Origin: a virus
DNA: 64,000 nt
IMG/VR virus record: IMGVR_UViG_3300044970_001982
Location: 1 to 64,000 of that record
Direction: 5' to 3' (one strand)
The notes beneath the pieces are model-generated. The model did not search any database. It was not told the origin of the DNA and saw only the letters and a program-made list of their open reading frames with translations. A program made the position numbers and the translations under genes. Numbering within the stretch: the first letter of the stretch is position 1; each line of letters begins with the position of its first letter. Positions 44,619 to 55,600 of this stretch are shown piece after piece.

Positions 44619-47222
44619 TTAACTAATCGATGAATTTATTTTATCATAGTATGGATCATAGTTTAGTGTTTTCATTTTTAATATAACACTATCTATTGAT
44701 ATAGGATCATTTGTATCTAAAAAGTTCTTTCTTAAAATAAGTCTAAATCTTAAGTCATTTGGAGTATACTGATAATAAACCCTAAAAGGCGTGTTAATAT
44801 TTCTATTAAAAACAATCCCATTACCATTATGTATGAATAGAATATTGTTTGTGTTATAAAACTTAACGCTTTGAGTTCCAGTGGTATAGTTAGTTAGATT
44901 AACGGCGTAAGATCCATCTGACAGTTGTATTTTTACTGGAGAGTATCCGGAAAAATTACCGATAAAACTAGTTCCACCTATTGAGTTGTACACAGCCTGA
45001 GAGGCAGCTAGTTTATTAATATATGGAGTATAGCTTAGTTTAATGTATGAGTTTCTGTCAGTCTGAATGAATCGTTCGCCAGGTCCATCGGAAGATGTAT
45101 ATGACTTTATAGATTCTATATAAATATTTCTTTTAATAAAATCTATTTCATTTGGAGTATAATTCGAATAGTCTAACTTATAAGATGCCACAAATAGACT
45201 ATTAGGAGAATATACATTGTTTGATAATGTAATAGTTTTTAACTGAGGATTATATGAATAGTTTGCAGTTCCTCTAGTAACTAACATTCCATCTTTATAG
45301 ATGGTAATAGAGTCTGGTATTGCATGGAACCTAATTTCAGCTTTATTATTGCTTGAATTAACGAATAAAACTTCAGAATCAATATACTCCAAACCATAAG
45401 GGGTTATGGGAATCCAATCTTGCTCTTGATTAGGTACTGATTTGTTTGATACCGATAGTTCGTAAGACGCTAATATCTTTAAATCTTTATCAGCTCTTGA
45501 AACATCTACGGAGTTCAAACCACTATTAACCTTTGCCTTAACTGCTAATATTTGTCCGTCAACAGGTATCTTTCTACTTACATAAGCTGCTTTTGTCGTA
45601 TTTTGTGATAATGTTTCTATAAACTCTATAGAATTTAAAGAAAAAGAATATTCATAACTATTTTCAGATTCTTGTGTTAAAGTAGAACTAACTGAAGTGT
45701 ATTGACTGTTTGCAATAGTTGGAGCTATAGACTGTGTGTTATATCCACTTATGCTATTAGATCCATTTGATTTTATGAAAGATGGATCTGATAAAGAATT
45801 TGGCGCGCTGCCAGAACTTAGTCTTTCTATAAATTTTTCATTATTAAATAGATTTAACTTACCGGAAAAACTATCTAACATGTTGTTCATTAAGTTAATA
45901 AATATAGGTGTATTGGTGTAGATGTTTCTATCTTCAATAACTAAAGTATTAAAATCTTTTATTTGTTGACTCAAATTTGACAAATAACTATCAAATTCTT
46001 GAGGGAATCTATAGCTATAATAGTCAGTATCTGAATAGTTATTTTTTGAAATTCCTGAGATTGTATTTTTTTTCTTAAAGAACCAAAATACTACATCTTG
46101 ATATTTACTGAATCTAGTCTTTCTATCATCAATGATTGATCTGACAAATAGATCTAAAACTTTTGCGTTTAGTTCTGAACTAACCGGCGTTTTATTACTT
46201 CTAATATAATTAGACTGGTTAAATATAAAAGTAACTTTACTAATATTTCTTTTATCAAATTTAAGATCTAATGTACCATTTATAAGTGTTGGTGTTTGAA
46301 GTAATTTGTAATAATTTTCTGATGGGGTTAGATTGTTCGACTGTTGTGGAGAATCCGTGTATACAATAACTTGTAAGAGTTGTAAGTTATTTGAATAATT
46401 AGGATTAACTCTTATTGTATCAATAGATACCGGTCTTTCAAATTCAACCTCAGATAAAGTTGCTGCTCCTGATAATAATGTATAGTCATATCCAAGCAAG
46501 GACTTATACTCTTCTAGTTGCGCATTTAGTATTGCTGGCGACTTTACTGTGATCGTCCATGAGTCTGAAAAATTCTCATTAAATAGATTTTCAAAATCAG
46601 TTTTTGTCGTAATATAATTGTTGTAATTATTTTTTATTTTTATAGATTTTATATTTCTAATTACATTTTTTGAATCTTGAGTTTTACCAATTTTTAAAAC
46701 TCCAGCCTTACCATCTATGAAAGAATTTCCATTTTCTACAAAAGCAGCTCCGTCTCTATCTGGAATGGAAATAATTAAATTATCAAACTTATAATCATTA
46801 ACAAAACTATCGAACTTTTCTATATAATTAGAATTGTATAAATCATCTTTTCCTGAGATAAATTCATAATTATCTATAAATAGTTCTAGTTTGGAAAGAT
46901 CATTTTCAGCTTTTTCTATTTCAGAAGAAAATACATCCACCATAGAACTTAATGCTATACCTGTAGCATTTGCTGCTGAATAAAAACTTTGTAATCTCAA
47001 AAAGATATTTCTAAATGAGTCGATCATTATTTCTTTAGATAGGACAGAAAACATTGGAATGTTTGCTGCAGAGAAATTTTGGTCAACGACGGTATTAGAA
47101 ACTCTATTAACAAGAGTAGACAAATCAGATTTCCCAACCTTCATTTGTCTAATTAGTGAAGCGACTGTTGTTCTGGTTGAAGACGAGTATTGATTAATTG
47201 TTTCCGGCAAATAGTTTATCAT
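44619..47222 (-). CDS. Tail/baseplate-associated structural protein (paralog family)
   Basis: YEYSFSLNSI, WIPITP, PISIDSVILK. Confidence 0.65.
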   Translation of the reverse strand: MINYLPETINQYSSSTRTTVASLIRQMKVGKSDLSTLVNRVSNTVVDQNFSAANIPMFSVLSKEIMIDSFRNIFLRLQSFYSAANATGIALSSMVDVFSSEIEKAENDLSKLELFIDNYEFISGKDDLYNSNYIEKFDSFVNDYKFDNLIISIPDRDGAAFVENGNSFIDGKAGVLKIGKTQDSKNVIRNIKSIKIKNNYNNYITTKTDFENLFNENFSDSWTITVKSPAILNAQLEEYKSLLGYDYTLLSGAATLSEVEFERPVSIDTIRVNPNYSNNLQLLQVIVYTDSPQQSNNLTPSENYYKLLQTPTLINGTLDLKFDKRNISKVTFIFNQSNYIRSNKTPVSSELNAKVLDLFVRSIIDDRKTRFSKYQDVVFWFFKKKNTISGISKNNYSDTDYYSYRFPQEFDSYLSNLSQQIKDFNTLVIEDRNIYTNTPIFINLMNNMLDSFSGKLNLFNNEKFIERLSSGSAPNSLSDPSFIKSNGSNSISGYNTQSIAPTIANSQYTSVSSTLTQESENSYEYSFSLNSIEFIETLSQNTTKAAYVSRKIPVDGQILAVKAKVNSGLNSVDVSRADKDLKILASYELSVSNKSVPNQEQDWIPITPYGLEYIDSEVLFVNSSNNKAEIRFHAIPDSITIYKDGMLVTRGTANYSYNPQLKTITLSNNVYSPNSLFVASYKLDYSNYTPNEIDFIKRNIYIESIKSYTSSDGPGERFIQTDRNSYIKLSYTPYINKLAASQAVYNSIGGTSFIGNFSGYSPVKIQLSDGSYAVNLTNYTTGTQSVKFYNTNNILFIHNGNGIVFNRNINTPFRVYYQYTPNDLRFRLILRKNFLDTNDPISIDSVILKMKTLNYDPYYDKINSSIS

Positions 47223-47223
47223 A

Positions 47224-50200
47224 CTAGCTCCAAGAGTTTCCTTCTAGATCTTGTAGATCAAAAACCACTCCAGCTGTTAAGTTATTCCGAATAACATCAT
47301 AAATTTGTTTAGGATCAACAAAGTTTTCTTTTACTTCTTGTGGAATTTGAATAATCACGTAGCCACCTCTGTTATAAGTATTTCCCTGTGGTGGATAAAC
47401 GTCCCAATAAGATAGTACATCATATTCCTCTGTCAACGAGTTATTGTTTAGAGAATCTAAAATTTCCGAATTATCCAAATCACCTCTTAATCCGCCACCT
47501 CTAACTCTTAGGTCTACGAAGTTTGTTGCTATAGAATTTGGCTTATTGGTGACATAGATAACTGCTATTGTTAAAGCAAATGGATTATAGTTTATTGATG
47601 TGCTGTCGAAAATGGAAGAATCATATGTAAAGTTTATACCACTATTATATGAATAATCATCTATTTTTTCATAAGCTAAACTAGAAACTGGAATTCCATT
47701 TAAAAGCGATTCATTGTAGTTTGCGTATCTATATACGTTATTTGGAAGAATATAAATATAAAGTGGTTTATCAAAACGAATCGTTTCTTGATTAAGAAGC
47801 GGATTTAATGGAATTGGAAAACCATCCACTTCTCTTAATAGAAGGTTATTATTTTCTGTACTATAATTAACCTTTATTAATGATCTGCTAGATGGAACTA
47901 TAGCCTTTTTAAAACTAATTAATCCAGTATAACAATTTACATCCTTTATTATTGAATAATCTACTTCTACCCATGCACTAGATATGGATTCTCTTGTATA
48001 TATTTTTATTTCTGGCTTAATTATTCCAACTATAGAATTCAGATTATCTGTAGGATGATTCCATGCAACTATTGGAGCTCTTCTAACTTGAATTGTTTTT
48101 GTATCTATAATTGATGGATTTTCATCAACAACATCATAGTATCCATAGCCAAATACTGTTGACCAAGCTATGTTTGGTGTATCCAAAGTAGAATACTGGC
48201 CAACTAAACGTTGTCCCATATAATTCCACTTCCAATCGTGCCATTTAATATTTGGATCTATATATATTTCCTTATTAAAGGATCCGTTAGAAACTGGAAG
48301 CTCCCAAGTATCAAACTTAGAAATGTTTTGACTAATAGAGCCGACATTTATAGATGTATTTGATTTGTATTTAACAGAATATACAGGCACTAAGTATTTT
48401 AGTGGAACTCTTGATGGAATAAATGTATTTGTATTGTTTAAGCCAAAGAATTCACCATCTCCACTTTGTCCATCAGCATCTAGTGCGCATATAGCTATGT
48501 ATATGTTTGCTGAACTCCTAGAGAATGCTTCCCCTGACCTTGAATACAAATCAATATAGTTTATATAATTTCCTAAGAACTTTCTTTCGGAAACATCATA
48601 GAAGCCATATCTAATTCCATCATCTGGTAATTCGTTATAAACAGAGAAGTAACCATATCTTAGATCTGTTTCTTGAGAAGATATATTTTGGTAGGTCGAC
48701 GCATCAATTGCGGCTCTGATCTGCGAGTAAGTTGGTAGCCCAACTGGTGCGCCCGCGTCATTGCATAATAATAAAACGCCATCTCCATAATTAATAGTAT
48801 TCTTACCAGAAGGGAGAATGTTACCAGATAGTGTTTTGAGTCTAAAATTACTTGATAGATCTATTGGTTGAGTTCTAACCAAAGATGTTCCATAGTATGT
48901 TGCTGATGTGTCAAATGTTATTGTATTTGAAGTATTTGTGTATGAAACGGCGTTTGAAGAAACTTCTGCCCCAGTTGAAGTTCGTATGTTAGATACGGAA
49001 AGGTTGCTAAGAGTTACTGATCCAGTGCTATTTGTAAAAGACTCTACTTTGATTCTGGAGTTTTCAAAACCATCAGACCCAATTTCTAATTCACCTTCAT
49101 CTATCTCTATTGTGGAATTGCCAAAAGATAAAGAGGTAATATAATTAGATAATCTAGACAGCTCGTTAACGTTTCTTACATTTAAATTCTTTGGAACGCT
49201 TGGAGATAAATCAGATATAGAAGTACTAAAAACAACTTCTACATCTACAGATATTGGAGTATTTTCATCCTCATATCCAGTTTCTGTTCCACCATCAACT
49301 GTTCCATTAATTTTAATTCCAGAAATTCCGAAACCTTCACCTTGACCAAAGCCAGGAGAAATTGCCAAACCCTCTATTCCTACAATTATATATCTACAGC
49401 TATTTGCTTCTAGATTATTTATTGGTATATTTATATCTCCTGAGGCAGCCGATAGGTTAAGGGCTTCAAGTTTAGAATATTTAAATATATTTGTTTCAAA
49501 TGTTGGACCCCAGCCAACTGAAACTACTTTGAAGTTTCTCCATCTAGCGTCTTGTTGATCAGGGGTAATTGTTATCCCAGTAACATTTATCATTGAACTT
49601 GGAACTTGCATAAACAAGATGTCTGCTCCGAGTTTAGGTCCAACTGTTCCTGTGAAAGTTATCTTTCTGTATGGTCTTCCGGAGTTAACATCTGGCGCTA
49701 AAGACATTGTTTCAACTTTAGATATATATTTTCTTATGTCTGGAGTAGCAAATGCTTTCCAATCATCTAAAGCTTTTTGTCCCTCAAAAGCTCTTTTTAT
49801 TAACCACACAAGAGCTAAATACCATTTAGTCTCACTATCAACTTTGTAATCTTTAAATCTTTGATTATTAGCTACTTGGAAATTGTATACAGCCTGAGCA
49901 GTAACTGGCCCATATGATCCATCTATAGCCCCTTTATATTTCCCAGCTGCTGCTAAAGTATACTGTATATATTTTACATATTCATGTGTTGGCGAACCTT
50001 GAACCCAAATTCTAGGATCTCCATGTATATCTATATCACCTGTGTAAGGGAATATGTTTGAGGCATCTGCTACGTTAGTTGATCTACTGGTTTGATAGTC
50101 ATCGATTCCAGACTTTACATTTTCTGCGGGAAGTGTAGCTGGTTTTGGTCCAACAGGAATGTCTATTTCTTTTTTACCCTTGTATGTGGCGTTGACAGTG

Positions 50201-52695
50201 TAGTTTGCTTTTCCTGTAAAATTGAAGTTAAAGCTGTAAGGAACATCGCTTCCTTCATACATGGTATATAGGGACTTTAGTCTAAATGGATATGAATTAA
50301 ACCCTAAAGATGGACTTAATAAGTTTGTTAAAGATCTTGATGAACTACTATTAACTGGCCTTTCGAGCAATATATGTGGGCCCAAACCTAGTATTCTTGA
50401 CAACGATCTACTATATTTTTGCGTGTATGCATATAGTGGTCTTGTGGCTGGATTTGAAGAACTTGAAGTATTTATCTTATATAACGTATAAGAAGAAGGA
50501 ATATCTACAGAAGCAGAATTTGGATCAGCTACTTTTGTAGAGTCTTTAATTGTTACATCTGGATTAGTAATTTCAACATAGAATTCAATGTCGTCTACAG
50601 ATAATTCTTCTATTATTGACCTTTGGAATTGCGACATCTTTAATGTAAGCTGTGATTTAAAGTAGTCAAATATGCTTGTATTAGTAGATGCTGAATTTTT
50701 CGTTAAATTCCTTGCATAAAGAGACGTACTAGAGTTTATTGATATAAGATCAAAATCCGGCTTTTCACTGTCTTCAAGAGCTGAGGAATACATAACCCAA
50801 GAGGAAGACCAGTCTGTAATAAAATTGATTATTGAAGAGGCCAAACTTGTTTGTCTCATCGACAGAGCTTTGCAATACATGGCGTATGAGATGGAGTTAA
50901 ACAACAACTTGAATGGCCCTTCTATAACAGAAGAAAATAGAGTTGTACTACTATTAATTGTACCAAAATGTGATGTTCCATTATTAATATTTAATACTTT
51001 GTCTGGATTTGCAATATCATAAATACTGTTACAGTATGACATTAGCCCAAATGTTGTGGCTAATATATTTCCTTTTGTAAGGCTATCATTTTGACGCGGA
51101 TATGATAATAGAACGCCAATTGACTTAAGATCAGAAGAACTAGGTCCAGCTTTAACAAATGTATTTGAACTTACTGCATTAGCAAAGTACTTATAGCTTT
51201 TGGGTGAAACTCCATTTATTTTACTAGAGCCTATAACGCTATAATAATTTTTTTCAAATATTGTATCATTTATAGTCCATCCACCATTTTTTGTTGCATC
51301 AATACAGATACTGCTATCTATCATGTCAACATTATTGGCTACTACAGAAGATGTCATATTTAGTTGTCCTCCGGAGTTTACATTAGATGCATTAGGGCAG
51401 AAGGACAGGTCTAGGATAAGTGTTCCAAAATTATTGGCAACAAAGTTATTTATAAGACTAGCTTGACTAGAAGTTATTGTAGAGTCAGGAGACCAAAGAA
51501 GCACATCGAATTGACTTAACTGGGCTGAAGTAACTGAGTCTATATTTACTTTCCAATAATTAGCTAAAGATTTGTCTGTTAATGTCGTAAGTGGATTTTC
51601 AAATACAAGCTTAGTTAAATTAAATGGAGAATTTTCTAATCTATACAAAACGTATGGATTAATATTTTGATTTGTTGAGCCTGAATAAAGAATTCCAGCT
51701 TTGACAGTTCTTATTCTAACTGGAGAATCTGGATTAGAATCTATTTCATAATCTATGTCTTGTAAATTAATATTTCTTCTTATTTTTCCTATTATTCTCC
51801 AATTGAAAACTTCATAATTTCTATAGTCTTTAATTGCCTTGCTTGGTACAAGAGCTTGATATCCGTTTGTTATAGAAACATGACCTGTGTTTACACTGGA
51901 ATAATTTTCGTCAATCTTTTTAATTGAAAAATTTCTAGATCCATAATAATTAGGATCTATAACAAAAGACTCTTCTGGAATATTATTAAAGTATTTAACA
52001 GCATTTATAGTTTCTGTATATCTTAACTGTTGATTGCTAAATTTTCCGTTTTCATCAGATTCAACTTTATTGTACATTAACTTAAGGTTTAAAGGATAGG
52101 AGCTATCCAGTACAACTATAACTCTGTATGGTATTTCCTCTAGATTAACGTTTGCACTAGTTTTATATGGTTCTAATAGAATCTTATATTTTTTTCTATT
52201 TGTATTTAGATCAATATAATCTTTTCCAAATTCATCTAAAACCTTTATGCCAAGATTATATATTTGATCTTGGTCAGGAAGATTGTTGTAAGATGTAAAA
52301 TTAAAAATTGCAGGAGCGGCAGTAAAGTATCTACTTATATAAACATAGTGACCAAAATCGTTAGCGTTTATTTCGGTAGGATTCAGTGTTTCAGATACTG
52401 TTGGCCTGTGTAGAAATAGGTTACTTATCGTAATGTCATCAGTTGATAATACTGATGATCCGTTCATTCTTCTTAAGATTCCCAACTCATCTGCGTACAT
52501 TAGTTCTGCGTCATAGGATTCTTTTATTTTATTTTCTAGAATTGTTTCTGAAACATTTACTGTAACTATGTTATTTTTTGGAGAAATTGATTCTGATGTA
52601 TACCAAGATAAAACTGCTGCGTCTGCAGGAACGTTTGTTCCTATTTTGATTGCTTTTTCATTTTCGTTTGTAGTAATGTTGGTAAATTTTTTCAT
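47224..52695 (-). CDS. Large virion protein with an internal peptidoglycan-binding domain
   Basis: VKYIQYTLAAAGKYKGAIDGSYGPVTAQAVYNFQ; 1823 aa, beta-rich. Confidence 0.7.
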   Translation of the reverse strand: MKKFTNITTNENEKAIKIGTNVPADAAVLSWYTSESISPKNNIVTVNVSETILENKIKESYDAELMYADELGILRRMNGSSVLSTDDITISNLFLHRPTVSETLNPTEINANDFGHYVYISRYFTAAPAIFNFTSYNNLPDQDQIYNLGIKVLDEFGKDYIDLNTNRKKYKILLEPYKTSANVNLEEIPYRVIVVLDSSYPLNLKLMYNKVESDENGKFSNQQLRYTETINAVKYFNNIPEESFVIDPNYYGSRNFSIKKIDENYSSVNTGHVSITNGYQALVPSKAIKDYRNYEVFNWRIIGKIRRNINLQDIDYEIDSNPDSPVRIRTVKAGILYSGSTNQNINPYVLYRLENSPFNLTKLVFENPLTTLTDKSLANYWKVNIDSVTSAQLSQFDVLLWSPDSTITSSQASLINNFVANNFGTLILDLSFCPNASNVNSGGQLNMTSSVVANNVDMIDSSICIDATKNGGWTINDTIFEKNYYSVIGSSKINGVSPKSYKYFANAVSSNTFVKAGPSSSDLKSIGVLLSYPRQNDSLTKGNILATTFGLMSYCNSIYDIANPDKVLNINNGTSHFGTINSSTTLFSSVIEGPFKLLFNSISYAMYCKALSMRQTSLASSIINFITDWSSSWVMYSSALEDSEKPDFDLISINSSTSLYARNLTKNSASTNTSIFDYFKSQLTLKMSQFQRSIIEELSVDDIEFYVEITNPDVTIKDSTKVADPNSASVDIPSSYTLYKINTSSSSNPATRPLYAYTQKYSRSLSRILGLGPHILLERPVNSSSSRSLTNLLSPSLGFNSYPFRLKSLYTMYEGSDVPYSFNFNFTGKANYTVNATYKGKKEIDIPVGPKPATLPAENVKSGIDDYQTSRSTNVADASNIFPYTGDIDIHGDPRIWVQGSPTHEYVKYIQYTLAAAGKYKGAIDGSYGPVTAQAVYNFQVANNQRFKDYKVDSETKWYLALVWLIKRAFEGQKALDDWKAFATPDIRKYISKVETMSLAPDVNSGRPYRKITFTGTVGPKLGADILFMQVPSSMINVTGITITPDQQDARWRNFKVVSVGWGPTFETNIFKYSKLEALNLSAASGDINIPINNLEANSCRYIIVGIEGLAISPGFGQGEGFGISGIKINGTVDGGTETGYEDENTPISVDVEVVFSTSISDLSPSVPKNLNVRNVNELSRLSNYITSLSFGNSTIEIDEGELEIGSDGFENSRIKVESFTNSTGSVTLSNLSVSNIRTSTGAEVSSNAVSYTNTSNTITFDTSATYYGTSLVRTQPIDLSSNFRLKTLSGNILPSGKNTINYGDGVLLLCNDAGAPVGLPTYSQIRAAIDASTYQNISSQETDLRYGYFSVYNELPDDGIRYGFYDVSERKFLGNYINYIDLYSRSGEAFSRSSANIYIAICALDADGQSGDGEFFGLNNTNTFIPSRVPLKYLVPVYSVKYKSNTSINVGSISQNISKFDTWELPVSNGSFNKEIYIDPNIKWHDWKWNYMGQRLVGQYSTLDTPNIAWSTVFGYGYYDVVDENPSIIDTKTIQVRRAPIVAWNHPTDNLNSIVGIIKPEIKIYTRESISSAWVEVDYSIIKDVNCYTGLISFKKAIVPSSRSLIKVNYSTENNNLLLREVDGFPIPLNPLLNQETIRFDKPLYIYILPNNVYRYANYNESLLNGIPVSSLAYEKIDDYSYNSGINFTYDSSIFDSTSINYNPFALTIAVIYVTNKPNSIATNFVDLRVRGGGLRGDLDNSEILDSLNNNSLTEEYDVLSYWDVYPPQGNTYNRGGYVIIQIPQEVKENFVDPKQIYDVIRNNLTAGVVFDLQDLEGNSWS

Positions 52696-55600
52696 CAGTA
52701 TTCCTCATGATCCGGATGCAATAGCGAGTAGTCAACGACTATATTTGGAGTTGTTCCCATTATTCCCATCTGATACTGTGTATATTTATTTAACATAGTC
52801 CATACTGGGGGTTGCCAGTTTGGTGTTGTATCTAATGAATATAGTACCGATGGATTAGTGTGGTTGTAAACAAAATTAGGAGTTGCTATTAGCTCTGAAT
52901 TGTCTTGCTTGTTTACTGTATATATGTTTGGAAGCGGGATATCCGATTCATTGCTATATTGAATTGGGTCATAGGATTCATACCAATATATAACATCTCC
53001 AGCTATAGTAACGTCTGTTGAATCAACAGTTTCCCCATCTTCTTCTAAAAGATTTCGAACAATTTCATCATTAACTATATTAACTCTAGCAAACCAATAT
53101 CCTGGAGCGCCAACTTCCTGTGAAGTCATTGCAGTATCTATTTCAAAACTACCATCAGCCTGTGAGGTAATTAAATAATCTGGTGTTGCAGCAAAGAGGT
53201 CTTTTAGGGTTCTTGCCTTATTCCAAGCTATCTGAACTTCGTGGTTAAATGAATCATTTTTCCACAATATTTTTCCAGATATTCCTATTGAGCTAACTCC
53301 GTCGGCATTTACTATAAAATCTGTGGGAGCTGCTTTTATCCAAACTCTATTTGGTTCAGTTCTTCTAATATTAAAGGGTATACTTTCAACGTAAGATCCT
53401 GTCTGGCTATTAGATCCACCATTTGGTGTAGCCGATCCTATACCAGTAATGGTAATTGTTGAAGAAGTTACCTCGGCTGGCTGAGGACCTGTATATCTTA
53501 TGAGTGTTTTTGCTAATCCATTATCATTCGTTGTTACATAATTTGGTGTAGCTAATATTAGGTTACCTGAAATTTCAAAAGTTTGACCAGGCTTTATGTT
53601 ATCATTTTCATCATAAGAAACTATGGAGAGGTGCATTATGTCAGAGTATGCGTCGGAGATATACCCTGGAGATAGGTATGTTTCTGTATGAGAGAAATCA
53701 TATTCACTTAATGATACATAAACATACCCCTCATCAATGGGGTTAACATCTGGGCTTACATCTAAATCTATTGTCTGAGTATTGTCATTAATTGCTGATT
53801 CATATGTAATTGAATATATTTCTTCATAGTTAGGTGTTGTACTAAAGTAAATATATGTATTATATTCATCGTTTACAGAATCATAAACACGATTATCTAT
53901 ACTCCATGCCTGATTAACTGTATAAGTTACTTCATATTCTCTTCCAATAATTGATGGAGTTGACTGATCGAAGCACTCTAGCTTATTTGTTGCGGTTGAT
54001 AAATCTGAGAATAATATTTCGCCAGTATATTTATCTGCAACCGTAATATTAAATACATCTTCATAGGCTAAGTATAGCGAGTTGCCAAAATTCCCATAAA
54101 CAGACTCTGTATTTACAAAGGATAAATTACCAGGTGTTGCGCTATCTTCAAAAACTATATTTCTATACTGTGTTTCATGAACATTAACAATAATTGGAGA
54201 TCCGTTGGTAGGCGTAGAGTTCAACTTTATAGAGAAGAATTGACCATTAAATGTCTCTGTAACTGGTTCTGAATAAACGTAATATTCATCTTCATTTAAG
54301 AACAGATGGCCAGTGTGAATTGCTCTTCTCTTGGCCATTAGTGCAGCTGTGTCTTTTTTAGCATGCAAAGAGACTTCTATTGAATCAGAGTTTTCTACAG
54401 CGTTGTTTATGTTTTCAACTAGTTGATCCTTATTTTCTACGTATACAATAATATCATTTGTATCAGAAAGAAAGTTAATGTCTTTAATATCATATATATA
54501 TTCCAAGTTCAAATTAAAACTATTTGAATCTAAATTAATAGTCTTTAAAAATGTGTCTGAGTTGAAATAAGAAACTAAATATTGTTCCTCATTTTCATAA
54601 ACATTATCTAAAGAATCTATAAATCCACTGAACAACTGAGGTGTTGTTTGCGCTGAAAAAGAAAAATATTCCTCTCTATATAGAGGATAATAATTTCCAG
54701 ATGCCGACTCAAATTTAATATAACTTGGAGTAGATGAGAAGTTAATTGTTGCAGAATCAAAATACTGCGGAGTGGTTAGCTGAACTCCACTTTCATCATA
54801 AAATGAGTATAATATATTTGGCGAAGATGGAACAAGATATCTATTATTGTCTACAAAATCAACAACAGCACCACCAGCAGTGTTGTTAATTATATTGTCT
54901 GTGCCAAAGTAAGCCAACCCTACTGGTGCAGCAGAATTAATATACAAATACTCTGGAGTAGCGTTAGGTGGATATATGATTAGATCAACTAGATCATCTA
55001 CATATATAATTGGTGTTGTTAAACTCTGCTCAAACCTACTATTTCCTTCGTTCAAGTACACATAAGAAGATATTTGGTTAGTGTCTTGAATAAAGACATC
55101 ATCATTATATATGGTAGATCCTATTCTAAGATTAACATTATCTGCAGTTATATTTGGAGATGCTATAGATGTTTCTGTTCCAGCAGAAGGATTTACATAG
55201 TAGTTTGGAGTGGATAGATTAAATCCCCCCCAATAATCGCCAATGTCAATAGTTGTATCATAATCTTGAGTTAGATAATCCCAACCACCATTAGAAAATA
55301 CTATCTTAACTTGAGATACATCTTCTATAGATATAGAAGAGAAATTAGGGGATGATGGGTTGTTGTATACTTCATTGTATGTTTTATCTCTAAACTCAAT
55401 ATCATTTAAAGTATTACCTTCTTGCGTGAATATCTTAATAAGATTAAATTCTGGACTTGATACATGATCCTGTCCATATCTATTGTAAACATAAAAATCT
55501 TCTCTATTCAAATAGTTAAGATTTGCATAGAATGTCGATGGAGTGGCGTAATTTGCATGCGCTTTGGTTGTTACCTCATAGGTAAGCCCAACTCCACCAT

